Below, piece by piece: positions 24,766-37,039 of a stretch of 64,000 bases of DNA. A program made the translations under genes and the position numbers. Source of the DNA: an uncultured Planctomycetota bacterium (GTDB taxonomy: Bacteria; Planctomycetota; JACOTG01; JAUIME01); NCBI GenBank assembly GCA_964597885.1, contig CAZQZX010000007.1, positions 809-64,808 on the forward strand, read 5' to 3'. The notes under the pieces were generated by a model that saw nothing but the letters and a program-made list of their open reading frames with translations, made no database searches and was not told the DNA's origin. The first letter of the stretch is position 1; each line of letters begins with the position of its first letter.

Positions 24766-27595
24766 ATGCGAGAGCTTCTGGGTCCAGTCTGCCGCATACA
24801 GACGTGCGTTCTGTTCTTGATGTTCCTGGTCGGTCTGAACGCGACGGCCGCGCCGCCGCCGATACCCGGCCCGGGGCAGACCGTGACATGGACCGCGCAG
24901 GGCGGACCGTATCAGCTCGACTCCAACGCGACGATTCCGGAGACCGCGACGGTGGTCGTCGAGCCCGGCGCATCGCTTCAGATCGCGAACGGAGTGACGC
25001 TCCGGGTCGACGGATCCCTCATGGGCGCCGGCACGACGGCATCGCCGCTCTCCATCCGGTCGAACACCAACTTCCCTCCGTGCGTCGAGGTCTACGGCAC
25101 GCTCGATCTCGCGCACGCGGAGCTGGCCGGGCAGTTCCGTCCGCTCGGCGAATGCACGTTCCTGCTCGCGGACTCCGTCTTCTCGAGTCCCGGGGGGCTC
25201 TTCAACTTCAGCGGCTCGCGGTATCCCTTCGTCCGGATCCAGCGAACCGACTTTCTCGGGGCCGCCCTGGACCTCGCGATCGCGACGCTGGTGCTGGAAG
25301 ACGTGACGGTCGATGGGAGCTATCTCCGGTCGTCGACGCAGTTCCGGATGGACGGCGTCACCGTGACGCGGTCGGCGCAGCAGGGCTTCGACCTCGCCAA
25401 CCGTCTGCAGCCCGCCTACCTCAACGGTGTGTCGGCGGTCGACAACGTCGGTGCGGGCTTCCAGCTCTACGGCGGAGGTGATTTCTTCTTCGGATCGGAC
25501 AACACGATCGTCGGGAACGAGGTGCCGGTCTACCTGTTCTCGTCGGCGGGGCTTTCCCGCGGGAGTACGCTGCCTTCGATCGGAAACGACGCGAACCACA
25601 TCCTCGGTCCGGGTGATGGCGATGCGCGCTTCGCGCAGGCGACCTGGGCGGATGTCGGGATCCCGTATGTGATGCAGGGGAATGTGAACTGGCTGGGCGG
25701 GCTCGATATCGAGCCGGGCACGATCGTTCAGTTTCGATCCGATGCGGGACTCAGCGTGCAGGCGAGCAACTTCTTTCGCGGCCTCCCGGGGCTTCCGATC
25801 CGGTTCGAATCCCTCGTGCCGGGCGAGCCCTGGTACGCGGTCGGCTTCACCCGCGGCGGAAGCGGGTTGGAGTACTGCGAAGTCGAGGGGGGCGGGGTCA
25901 CGGTGGCGACGACGCCCGTTGCCCACATGGAGAACTGCACGCTGAGGGGGAGTGCGGCCGGCCTGAGCCCGGGCCTCACCTCGGATTGGTTCGTGTCGGG
26001 GACGCGCTTCCTGGAGAACCCGCTCGCCGCCGTCACCAACACCGGAAGCTTCGGGTCCGGCCGACTTCATCTGGATAACCCCACCAACCCGAACGTTCAA
26101 CGATCTCGTGGACAGCGTCCGCGTGCCCGCGATCGCGATCGAGGACATCACGCCGAACGGATCCGCGCTGAACGATGCCGAGAACGTGTGGTGGGGCGAC
26201 GCAACGGGGCCGCGCCATCCGCAGAATCCCGGCGGGCTCGGCGATCCGCTCGTCGGCAGCGGATCGGGACCCGTCGCCAAGGTCGACTTCACGCCGTGGC
26301 TGACGGAGGCTCCGGACTTCACGAACCATCCTCCCGTGGTGCGGATGGAGGCGCCGTACTTCGTCGCCGATCCCGGCTCGCGGATCCATCTGAGGTGGAG
26401 CGCCTTCGACGACGACTCGATCGTCGAGCAGCGCATCCTCTTCAACGCCGAAGGGAACTTCTCCTTTGACACCGAGGTGGCCGTCCTCTCGCCCACGGAT
26501 CGCAGCTTCGAATGGACGGTCCCCGACGTCGGCTTCCTGTTCAACCCGCCGTCGTACCTTCGTATCGTCGCGGTCGACGAATCCGGGAAGGAAGGTTGGG
26601 ACCAGGTCGCCCTCTCGATCCCGTCAGGCGAGATCGAGTCGACGGTCGTCTTTACCTCACAGCCTGAGGGAACGCTTCGACCCGGCGAAGATCTCGATGC
26701 TTGCTGGGAGATCCAGAACCCGAGCTCGGACTGGCGCGTGGGCTCGCCGTCGCTCGTCTTCGAGGGAGATCGGCTGAGCGACGGTCGGTCGCAGTTCAGC
26801 AATTGCCTGTTTCTGTCCAGGGCTCCGGCAATCAGCACCGACTCGGCTCGAATTGCCGTCCCGCTGCTGGGCAACTGCTGCAACCGAATCGCGTGGTTCT
26901 TCTCGGACGAGTTCGCGATTCGACCCGACCCCCGGATCGGCGACCAGCCTCCCGTGGTCTCGCTCGTGACTCCGAATGTCGGGGACGTCTTCCCGGGGGG
27001 CTCGAACGTCCCGGTGACCTGGAGCGCTTCGGACGACGAGTCACTTCGGTCGTTCGCTGTGCACGCTTCCTACGATGCGGGGCGCACGTGGCACGTGCTC
27101 GCGGAGCGGCTTCCCCGAGAGACGCGGCGCTTCGATTGGCTGCTTCCCGCGAGTGCCGGCCTCGGCGACGTGCGCGTGCGCGTCGTCGCCGAAGACCTCC
27201 GATTCCAGACCTCGTCGGCGGGGGCGGATCGGAGCTTCGCGATCTCGGCAGGAGCGCCGGACATCCGGGTGACGCTCGTGCCGAAGACGGTCGTCGCGCG
27301 GGCGGGAGCCCGACTCGCGTACGACGTCATCGTGGAGAACCTCTCGGGCGCAAATCAATCCTTTGCCGGCTGGATCGAGGCCTACCGTGCTGATGGCGTG
27401 CGGCTCGGCGCGAGCCCGATCGCGGGTCCGAAGTCCGTGACGCTGGCACCGGGGCGGACCGTGGTGCGGTCCCTCGGGATCCGGATTCCGGACGGCCAGC
27501 CGGCATCGGGGCCGTATCGGGTGGCGGCGTTCCTCGGTTCGTATCCATCCGGCGTCGTCGCGTCGTCCTCCTTCGAGTTCACGGTGGAGGACTGA
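24766..27595 (+). CDS. Large secreted beta-helix + Ig-like protein, frameshifted near 26095 (pseudogene or sequence error)
   Basis: GGAGGAG RBS; signal peptide; VEPG and IEPG beta-helix motifs; continues in another frame through ENVWWGDATGP and Ig-like repeats (NHPPVV, DQPPVV). Confidence 0.7.
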
Positions 27596-27617
27596 CGGCC
27601 GGGCGGGCGTCGATCGG

Positions 27618-28808
27618 CTAGGCCGAAGGGGAAGGGAGCGCCGGTAGCGGTCCCACCGTGAACTCGAACGTCGAGCCTTCGCCCGGTCGCGACGTGGCGC
27701 GGACCTGTCCCCCGTGGCGTTCGATGATGCGCTTCACGATCGCGAGTCCGACGCCGGTGCCGGGGAAGTCCTCGGCCGTGTGGAGCCGCTGGAAGACATC
27801 GAAGATCTTGTCGGCATACTCGGGATCGAAGCCGACGCCGTTGTCGTGGACGCGATACCAGTCGACGCCGTCGCTCCGAAGGCTCGTGATCTCGATGCGA
27901 GGTGGTGTGCTCTGCGCGGCGTACTTGCGTGCGTTGTCGAGGAGATTGCGAAGCACCTGGCGGATCATCGAGCGATCGGCGTCGGCCTCGGGAAGATCCT
28001 CGAACGCGACCTCGAATTCGACTCCGGCCGAATCGGACGCGACCTCTCGCCAGACGTCTCGGGCGAGGACGGTCATGTCGACGCGCTCCTGATCGAGGGC
28101 GGCTCTTCCGAGGCGCGAGAGCTTCAGCAGCTCCTCGATGAGCACGCCCATGCGCTCGGCGCTTCCGAGGATGTTCTCGAGGCAGGTGCGCGCGTCCGCG
28201 GGGATGTCGTCTCCGAGGGTCTCCGCGAGGATGTGCGCATAGCTGTGGATGTGACGGATCGGCGCGCGCAGGTCGTGCGACACGGAGTAGCAGAACGAGT
28301 CGAGATCGCGATTCGCCGCGGACAGGTCCGCGGTTCTCTGTTCGACGAGCTCCTCGAGATGTTCGCGATGTCGTTCGAGCTCGGCCTCGTTCTTGCGCGC
28401 CTGCGTGATGTCGGTGATGCATCCCTGGACGATGGTTCGATCCTGATCGGGATACCGTACGAGCTGGATGTTGCACAGGACTTCGTTGCCCTCGGAGTCG
28501 AGGTGCGTCCACTCGAAGTAGGGGATCTCTCCGGCGATGGAACGCTCGATGTAGCGGCGAGCATGCTCGGAGGCGAGGCTGCCGTCGGGAAGGCGCTCGG
28601 GGCTGAGCTCGACGGGTCCCACCGCGAGTAGCTGTTCGCGGCTCATCTTGAACAGTCGGCAAGCGTTGTCGTTCGCGTCCGTGAAGCGCATGGCTTCCAC
28701 GTCGAGGACGACGAGGGCGGCCGGAGAGTGATCGAACAGGATGCGATACCTTCGCTCGCTCTCCCGGAGCGCGTCGCCGACACGCGTTTGCGGATCGAGG
28801 TCCTTCAT
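27618..28808 (-). CDS. PAS-domain sensor histidine kinase
   Basis: PAS/PAC; H-box YSVSHDLRAP; N-box NLLDNARKY; G1 DNGVG; F-box FQRLH; G2 GTGVGLAIV. Confidence 0.95.
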   Translation of the reverse strand: MKDLDPQTRVGDALRESERRYRILFDHSPAALVVLDVEAMRFTDANDNACRLFKMSREQLLAVGPVELSPERLPDGSLASEHARRYIERSIAGEIPYFEWTHLDSEGNEVLCNIQLVRYPDQDRTIVQGCITDITQARKNEAELERHREHLEELVEQRTADLSAANRDLDSFCYSVSHDLRAPIRHIHSYAHILAETLGDDIPADARTCLENILGSAERMGVLIEELLKLSRLGRAALDQERVDMTVLARDVWREVASDSAGVEFEVAFEDLPEADADRSMIRQVLRNLLDNARKYAAQSTPPRIEITSLRSDGVDWYRVHDNGVGFDPEYADKIFDVFQRLHTAEDFPGTGVGLAIVKRIIERHGGQVRATSRPGEGSTFEFTVGPLPALPSPSA

Positions 28809-29044
28809 GGGCTTCCCCTAGCCTCGGTGCCGCGGAGTGCTGCGGGCACCCGCCATGTTACCAGCACCGAGGATCCGGACACAATCGTCCACCTCGGGGC
28901 GAAGGCGTGTTTCGACGTCGTGAGAGCGGATTCTCGTTACGGTGCGCGGCGAAAAGTGCGGTTTTTTGCGCACCCGTTTCGGGACCCCGAAGCACTGGGT
29001 ACGCGACGGACGCCCGGCGGTCGGGCCCGACGAAAGGAGGCAAC

Positions 29045-29749
29045 ATGAAACGCTTCGTATGGATGGCGACGGTCGTCGCTCTCGTGGTCTCGTTCGCTGC
29101 GCTGACGCTGGCCGGCGATTGCGGCTCGTGCAAGATCGCCAAGAGCAAGAACGGTTGGTGTGAGGGATGCAACGCCGGATTCGCCGGAGATCAGGTGGTC
29201 AAGTCGAAGAAGCTGCACGAGGTCCTGAACGGTCACGCGGTGCCGGCGGAGAAGACCAAGGCCATCGAATGCGGTGGATGCAAGACCGGCCTCGCGAACT
29301 GTCAGCCGTGCGAAGGATGCGACGTCTACTTCGTGAACGGGCGCGTCTACACGTCCAAGTACGCGGCGGCGCTCGCGCGTGGTCAGAAGATGGAATGGCC
29401 CGAGGAGAAGTACGCCGGCAAGGTCGACAAGGCGACGCTCACGAAGGACGAGCTCATCGCGAAGAAGGCCGAGTACGCGAAGATGAAGAAGGCGCACGTC
29501 GGGTGCAAGGGCTGCTCGGCCGCGATGCAGTCGGCCGGTTGGTGCAGCGACTGCAGCGTCGGTTTCGTGGGGAGCTACGCCTACAAGGACAAGCTCCACT
29601 ACAAGCAGGCGAAGGCCGCGTCGCTGACCGTGATGCGGGCGAAGGCGCTCGCGGAGAAGTGCGAGGCGTGCGCGGTGGGGATGCTGACGGACGGCTCTTG
29701 CTCGTCGTGCAAGCTCACCTTCAAGAACGGAAAGAAGATCCGTCTCTAG
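29045..29749 (+). CDS. Secreted Lys/Cys-rich protein with four CxxC-x9-CxxC modules
   Basis: AAGGAGG RBS; signal peptide MKRFVW...TLA; 17 Cys. Confidence 0.85.
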   Translation: MKRFVWMATVVALVVSFAALTLAGDCGSCKIAKSKNGWCEGCNAGFAGDQVVKSKKLHEVLNGHAVPAEKTKAIECGGCKTGLANCQPCEGCDVYFVNGRVYTSKYAAALARGQKMEWPEEKYAGKVDKATLTKDELIAKKAEYAKMKKAHVGCKGCSAAMQSAGWCSDCSVGFVGSYAYKDKLHYKQAKAASLTVMRAKALAEKCEACAVGMLTDGSCSSCKLTFKNGKKIRL

Positions 29750-29792
29750 CCGGGCACGGATGGATCCTACAGATTGTCGAAGTCGCGCGCGC

Positions 29793-29825
29793 GGCGATGC
29801 GGGGGCCATCCCTCCCCGCGTCGCC
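29793..29825 (+). terminator. GC hairpin after the Cys-rich gene
   Basis: GGCGATGCGGGG...CCCCGCGTCGCC inverted repeat about 45 bp after the stop; no U-tract. Confidence 0.4.
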
Positions 29826-30058
29826 GGCCGCCCGCGTCCCTCCTGCGAACCCACGATGTAACCTCCCGCTGTGTCCTCCCGTCCATACCCCCGGTAGCCG
29901 GGTCGCTCGCCGGTTCCGAGGAATGTCGATCGTCGGGGATTCCCGGATCGATCCCAGATCGCTATTCTCTTGGTGAGGCGGGCGGGTATCGAGAAGCGTT
30001 CCGATCCCCGCGGCATGTCGTGGGCCGTCACCTGGCGGACGTCGATCGGGGAGGATCG

Positions 30059-32182
<2,124 letters not shown>

Positions 32183-32347
32183 GGGCCGGGCGCACCGTCC
32201 GCACCGAATTGGTACACTCGGGCTCCACTTCGATCGGCCCCCCGAGATCGGTCTCCATCTGCGGCGCTCCTCCTGTTCGAGTGATCTGCCGTGGACACCC
32301 ACCGGCTCGCGAGAAGGCCCGATCCCGAAACCACACAGGAGGATACG

Positions 32348-32968
32348 ATGAGTCACGCGCTGCCCGACCTCCCGTACGCATACGACGCGCTCGAGCCGCA
32401 CTTCGATGCCCGTACGATGGAGATCCACCACACGAAGCACCACAACACCTACGTCACCAAGCTGAACGAGGCTCTCGACGGTCACGCCGATCTGGCGGGC
32501 AAGAACGTCGAGGATCTCCTGACGGGCATCGGCAACGTCCCGGACGGGATCCGCCAGGCGGTCATCAACCACGGTGGCGGGCACGCGAACCACTCGCTCT
32601 TCTGGCAGATCCTCGCCCCGAACGCGGGCGGTGCTCCGTCGGGCGCTCTGGCGAGTGCGATCGACGAGGCGTTCGGCAGCTTCGACGCCTTCAAGGAGAA
32701 GTTCGCGGCGGCGGCCGCCACGCGCTTCGGCTCCGGCTGGGCGTGGCTCGTCGTGAAGGGCGGCAAGCTCGAGGTGACGAGCTCGGCGAACCAGGACTCG
32801 CCGCTGATGGATGGCGCCACGCCGATCCTTGGTCTCGACGTCTGGGAGCACGCGTATTACCTGCTCTACCAGAACCGTCGTCCGGACTACATCAGCGCCT
32901 TCTGGAACGTGGTCAACTGGGCGAAGGTCGGTGAGCTGTACGAAGGTGCCGCGGCCGGTGTCGCCTGA
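32348..32968 (+). CDS. sodA: Superoxide dismutase, Mn-type signature
   Basis: [29 protein letters not shown]; AGGAGG RBS. Confidence 0.95.
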   Translation: MSHALPDLPYAYDALEPHFDARTMEIHHTKHHNTYVTKLNEALDGHADLAGKNVEDLLTGIGNVPDGIRQAVINHGGGHANHSLFWQILAPNAGGAPSGALASAIDEAFGSFDAFKEKFAAAAATRFGSGWAWLVVKGGKLEVTSSANQDSPLMDGATPILGLDVWEHAYYLLYQNRRPDYISAFWNVVNWAKVGELYEGAAAGVA

Positions 32969-32990
32969 TCGATAGACTCTCGAAACCAAG

Positions 32991-33030
32991 AAGCGCGAGT
33001 CGGATCCCCGGATCCGGCTCGCGCTTTTTT
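32991..33030 (+). terminator. Intrinsic terminator of sodA
   Basis: AAGCGCGAGTCGGATC-CCCG-GATCCGGCTCGCGCTT followed by a T-run. Confidence 0.85.
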
Positions 33031-33322
33031 CGTGCGTTCGTGGTGTCCTGACGGCAAGAATCGCGTGTTTCCCTCGGAACACCTGGCGGCGGTCAAGCGG
33101 ATGGGTTTCGCGATCGAGGATCAAGCCTTCCTTGCCTTTAGGAGAGATTGACGGCGCAAGAGGGATGCGATGCGTCTCATCGAACTCCCACAATCCACAT
33201 AAAAGGGCTACCCAACCGAGGCGCCTCCGGTATGATTGGGCGCGGTGGTTGGCTCCCGTTCGTTCCGACTGGAAGGAGGTCGGAACAGGGCGCTGGGATC
33301 CGTTCGTTGAAAGGATCGGCGC

Positions 33323-33790
33323 ATGACGGGCTCACTTCAGTCGGTTTCGACCGACGCGCGCCTACCCGATGGTGCGTGGAGAGGGTTCTACACCTATCGA
33401 GACAGCGAAGTCCGACATCGGATGACGCTCCACCTGCGCTTTCCCCAGGGGAAGGTCCGCGGAACGGGCGTTGACGGCGTGGGGGACTTCCGTGTCCGCG
33501 GTACGTACGATGCCGAGACGGGCGAGGTGTGGTTCACGAAGCGCTACGTTCGGTGCGGGTGCTGCGGGGATGAGGGGCACGAGGTCTTCTACCGCGGATT
33601 TGCCGACATGAACGGCATCTGGGGGCAGTGGGAGCTCACCGGCGGGCTCGGTGGATTCCGAATCTGGCCGGGGCCGCGCGAGGGCGACCACGTCGACGCG
33701 ACCGGCATCGAGGAGGAAGCGACGGTCGAGGAGCCTCGGCTCATCGTCGTCGGTCCGATCTCGGGAGTCGCGGGCGGCGGCGTCATCTGA
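33323..33790 (+). CDS. Small beta-strand-rich hypothetical protein with CGCC loop
   Basis: GAWRGFY, GTGVDGVGDF, GIWGQW, FRIWP; AAAGGA RBS. Confidence 0.7.
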   Translation: MTGSLQSVSTDARLPDGAWRGFYTYRDSEVRHRMTLHLRFPQGKVRGTGVDGVGDFRVRGTYDAETGEVWFTKRYVRCGCCGDEGHEVFYRGFADMNGIWGQWELTGGLGGFRIWPGPREGDHVDATGIEEEATVEEPRLIVVGPISGVAGGGVI

Positions 33791-33847
33791 ACCTGCGGGT
33801 CTGAGATCTGAGCTTGGGGGCCTGAGATCCGAGCCAGCGGGGTTCTC
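33785..33847. repeat. Three degenerate 21-bp tandem repeats
   Basis: ATCTGAACCTGCGGGTCTGAG / ATCTGAGCTTGGGGGCCTGAG / ATCCGAGCCAGCGGGGTTCTC; units 1 and 2 are 17/21 identical. Confidence 0.55.
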
Positions 33848-33939
33848 GCGTACGAATCTGCCGGATTCCCCGTGAATGGCGTCGTCCTCGTCGCGTATCC
33901 TCTGCGTTGAACGACCCGACCCTGGACCGGAGATCTCAC

Positions 33940-34644
33940 ATGCAGCCTGATACCTCCTCGCTTCGCCTCCACGAAGAAGTTCTCTTGCTGGCCCTCCGCG
34001 ACGAGAAGGGCACGATCGAGCCCGGCACGATGTATCACTACGCGCTCGGGGGTGCGATCCTCGCGGAGCTCGCGTTCGAGAACCGGATCGAGATGGACTC
34101 GGGCAAGCGCAAGCTCGTCAACGTCCGAGACACCTCCCCGCTCGGCGACCCGATCCTCGACGAGTGCCTCACGAAGGTGGCCGAAGCCAAGCGTCGCGGC
34201 GCGGCGGCGACCTGGGTCTCGCGCTTCGCGTCGCTCCGGGATCTGAAGCATCGCGTGGCGCAGGGTCTCTGTCGCAAGGGGATCCTCAAGGAAGACGAAG
34301 ACCAGATCCTCTTGATCTTCAAGCGTCGACTCTACCCCGAGATCGATCCGCGTCCCGAACGTGCGCTACGGGAACGACTGCGTCAGGCCATCTTCACGGA
34401 AGTCGCCGAGGTCGAACCGCGGACCGCGCTCCTCGCCGCCCTGGCCAACGGGGCGAGCCTTCTCAATCCGGTGTTCGGTCGCAAGGAAGTCCGGTCGCGC
34501 AAGAAGCGGCTCGAGCAGATCGCGAACGGGGATCTCACCGTGAAGGCGACGAAAGAGGCGATCGAGGCGATGCAGGCGGCGATCATGGTCGCGGTGATGG
34601 TCCCCACGATCTGTGCCGCGACGACGGTGGCCACTTCAGGCTGA
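33940..34644 (+). CDS. GPP34/GOLPH3 family protein
   Basis: LHEEVLLLALRDEKG, LGGAILAEL, GDPILD, L...GIL, RRLYP, RTALL pattern. Confidence 0.85.
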   Translation: MQPDTSSLRLHEEVLLLALRDEKGTIEPGTMYHYALGGAILAELAFENRIEMDSGKRKLVNVRDTSPLGDPILDECLTKVAEAKRRGAAATWVSRFASLRDLKHRVAQGLCRKGILKEDEDQILLIFKRRLYPEIDPRPERALRERLRQAIFTEVAEVEPRTALLAALANGASLLNPVFGRKEVRSRKKRLEQIANGDLTVKATKEAIEAMQAAIMVAVMVPTICAATTVATSG

Positions 34645-34707
34645 TGCGGGAAGGTACCGGCTGACGCGCGTTCCGATCGCTGCTGTTGCACGATCGATAC
34701 GCGCGGG

Positions 34708-36915
34708 CTACTCGATCTGTGCGGCCGCGAGCTCGTCGTTCTCGATCCACACCACGACGGGACCCTTCGACCCCGTGTTCACGATCTTGGGTGAGCCCGA
34801 GACTTCCGGCGTGACGGCGACCGCGACCGGCGGCGAAAGCGTGCCGTCGGTCTCGAGGACCTTGTGGAAGATGTCGCCCTCTCCGCTCGAGAAGTCGACG
34901 TAGGCGATGTGCAGTCGGCCGAGGCCGTCGAACACGATGGCGGGCTCCCACGCGCCCTGCAGGGCGTCCGTCGCCGCGACTCGCGGAAGCCAGCTCCGAC
35001 CCCCGTCCGTGCTTTCCTGGACGAAGACCTGCCACAGCCCATTGTCGATGGAGAGCTCGGCCCAGGCGACCGCGATGTGCTCTTCATCGCTCGGGTCGAC
35101 CGCGAGGCACGTCTGGATCGACGGCGTCGAGGATGCGGTCAGGCGCTCGGCCGAGGTCGGAAGCCGGAACGTCCGCGTCGCCGTCGAGCCCGGCGAGGTG
35201 AGGCCGTCGACACGCGTGTCGAATCGTCGGAAGAACACTTCGCGGTTGAACTGTCGGTTGACGGTGCCGAGCGGAAGGTCGCCGCGGACGAGCACCGTGC
35301 GCAGGAATCCGTGGTCGTCGAGGCTCGCTTCCACATCGCGCGGGAACGCACCTCGGCCACCGGCCCGGAGCACTTCGATCTCGCTCGAGGGGGTGGCGAA
35401 ATCGTCCGTCGTCCGGAAGAGCGAAAGGGTGTCGCCCTCGGCCGCGGCGCCGTAGATCGGCAGCAATAGGTGAGGCGTTGGGGCGCCGCCGACGAGGTGC
35501 GGCTGGCGCGGCAGACGATATCCGACGCCATCGATGTCCTGGACGACTTCGGTGAACACGGTCGTGGGCGATCCGAACGTCACGCCGCGGTCGGGACTCG
35601 AGACGTAGCGCACGTTCCACAAACCGGCCGGCGTATCCCGCTGGACCCACGCCACGCCGACCGTCAGGTCATCTTCGAGAAGAGCCACCGTGGGCTGCTC
35701 GGCGAACAGGTCTTCCGAGGCCGCGCCGGTCAGCCCGACCGGCGTGTCCCAAAGAACGTCCGTACCCGTGGCCTGACCGCGCTGGAAGACGACGTCGACT
35801 TCGGAATCGACCGACCGTCGATAGGCCGCGAACAGCCGATTGTTGGACACCGTCACCGCGAGATCTCGGATCGTGTCGCGGCGCACTTCCTCGCGCGTCT
35901 CTTCGAGCGCCTCGTGAATCGCGTCGCCGCGCGAACGCGGGGTGTCGATGCCGAGCAGCGTCCCGATGGTCGGGGCGAGGTCTTCCATCGTCGTGAATCG
36001 CGTGACCTCGACGCCTTGCGGCGTGTGCGGTCCGAAGATGAGCGTGAAGCACTGACGCGATCCGACGTCGCCCCCGGTGTGGTTGCGATAGCCGCCGGTG
36101 TCCTGCGTGCGGCGGCCGTGGGGCGTGAGCACCATCACCGTCGTGTCGCGGAAGTAGTGCGGGTGCGAGATCACATAGAACCGGAGCTGCCCGATGATGT
36201 CGTCGGCGTTCTGGATGGCGAGCCGGTGCATCCCCGGGAATCCCTGATGCGCCGGCGCGTCGACCGTGCCGAGGCCGAGATACACGAACCGAGGATAGTC
36301 CTCGGGCGGGCGGTTCTGGTCGAACTCGGTGATCTTCTTGAAGGCTTCGAACGCGACGTCGTCCGGATTGTCATCGAAGCGGAAGCCGTCGTCGTCGCGG
36401 TAGGGGTACTCGTCCGGATCGATGAACAGCACGGTGCCGGGACGGTAGTTCTCTCCGTAGAGCGGATGCCAGCCGTGCTCGGAGACATCCATGTTGTACT
36501 TGTTCGAGATGTACACGAGCTGCGAGGCATCGAGCCCGAGATCGCGGATCGCGTACTCGAAGAGGTTCGGGTGTCGGCTGCGGACGTTGCGCCATCCGCG
36601 CGGGTCGCCGGGCGTGCCGCGATTCGCGCTGACGTGGGGGACGCCGGTCAGGACGGTGTTGAGAGGCGCGACCGACTTCGTGTAGTGAACGTTCCAGTGA
36701 TTCGTCAGCAGCGTGGACTGCGGGCGCAGCAGGTTCCACATGTTTGGGATGTTGGGGTGCTCGTCGTCGCCGGGATCGAAGCCGAAGCACTCGGAGCTAC
36801 GGACGCCGTTGATCACGACGAGGAAGAGATTACGCGGAGTCTCGCCCGCACGCGCGGGCGTACCGATCGCCAGCACGAGCAGCGCGAAGACCGCGGCTGC
36901 AGTTCGGTGAATCAT
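34708..36915 (-). CDS. Secreted alkaline-phosphatase-superfamily domain fused to BNR/Asp-box propeller
   Basis: C-terminal part of the 1823-aa ORF; signal peptide MIHRTAAAVFALLVLA; INGVR, VDAPAH, PHGR, DLAPTI; Asp-boxes SPDRGVTF and STDGGRSW. Confidence 0.75.
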   Translation of the reverse strand: MIHRTAAAVFALLVLAIGTPARAGETPRNLFLVVINGVRSSECFGFDPGDDEHPNIPNMWNLLRPQSTLLTNHWNVHYTKSVAPLNTVLTGVPHVSANRGTPGDPRGWRNVRSRHPNLFEYAIRDLGLDASQLVYISNKYNMDVSEHGWHPLYGENYRPGTVLFIDPDEYPYRDDDGFRFDDNPDDVAFEAFKKITEFDQNRPPEDYPRFVYLGLGTVDAPAHQGFPGMHRLAIQNADDIIGQLRFYVISHPHYFRDTTVMVLTPHGRRTQDTGGYRNHTGGDVGSRQCFTLIFGPHTPQGVEVTRFTTMEDLAPTIGTLLGIDTPRSRGDAIHEALEETREEVRRDTIRDLAVTVSNNRLFAAYRRSVDSEVDVVFQRGQATGTDVLWDTPVGLTGAASEDLFAEQPTVALLEDDLTVGVAWVQRDTPAGLWNVRYVSSPDRGVTFGSPTTVFTEVVQDIDGVGYRLPRQPHLVGGAPTPHLLLPIYGAAAEGDTLSLFRTTDDFATPSSEIEVLRAGGRGAFPRDVEASLDDHGFLRTVLVRGDLPLGTVNRQFNREVFFRRFDTRVDGLTSPGSTATRTFRLPTSAERLTASSTPSIQTCLAVDPSDEEHIAVAWAELSIDNGLWQVFVQESTDGGRSWLPRVAATDALQGAWEPAIVFDGLGRLHIAYVDFSSGEGDIFHKVLETDGTLSPPVAVAVTPEVSGSPKIVNTGSKGPVVVWIENDELAAAQIE

Positions 36916-37039
36916 ACCGGAGATACCCCCCTCACCCGAAAGATCGTCCCCTCCCTCGGAGGGGAGCCCGCCCGTGAACCGTCGGTGAGCGGCCGACGTC
37001 TGATCATAGCCTACCGTCGCGGAAACGAGAACTCGGTAC

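Noticed and set aside
29045-29749. Multiheme cytochrome c interpretation of the Cys-rich protein
   Set aside because: None of the CxxC motifs is followed by His.
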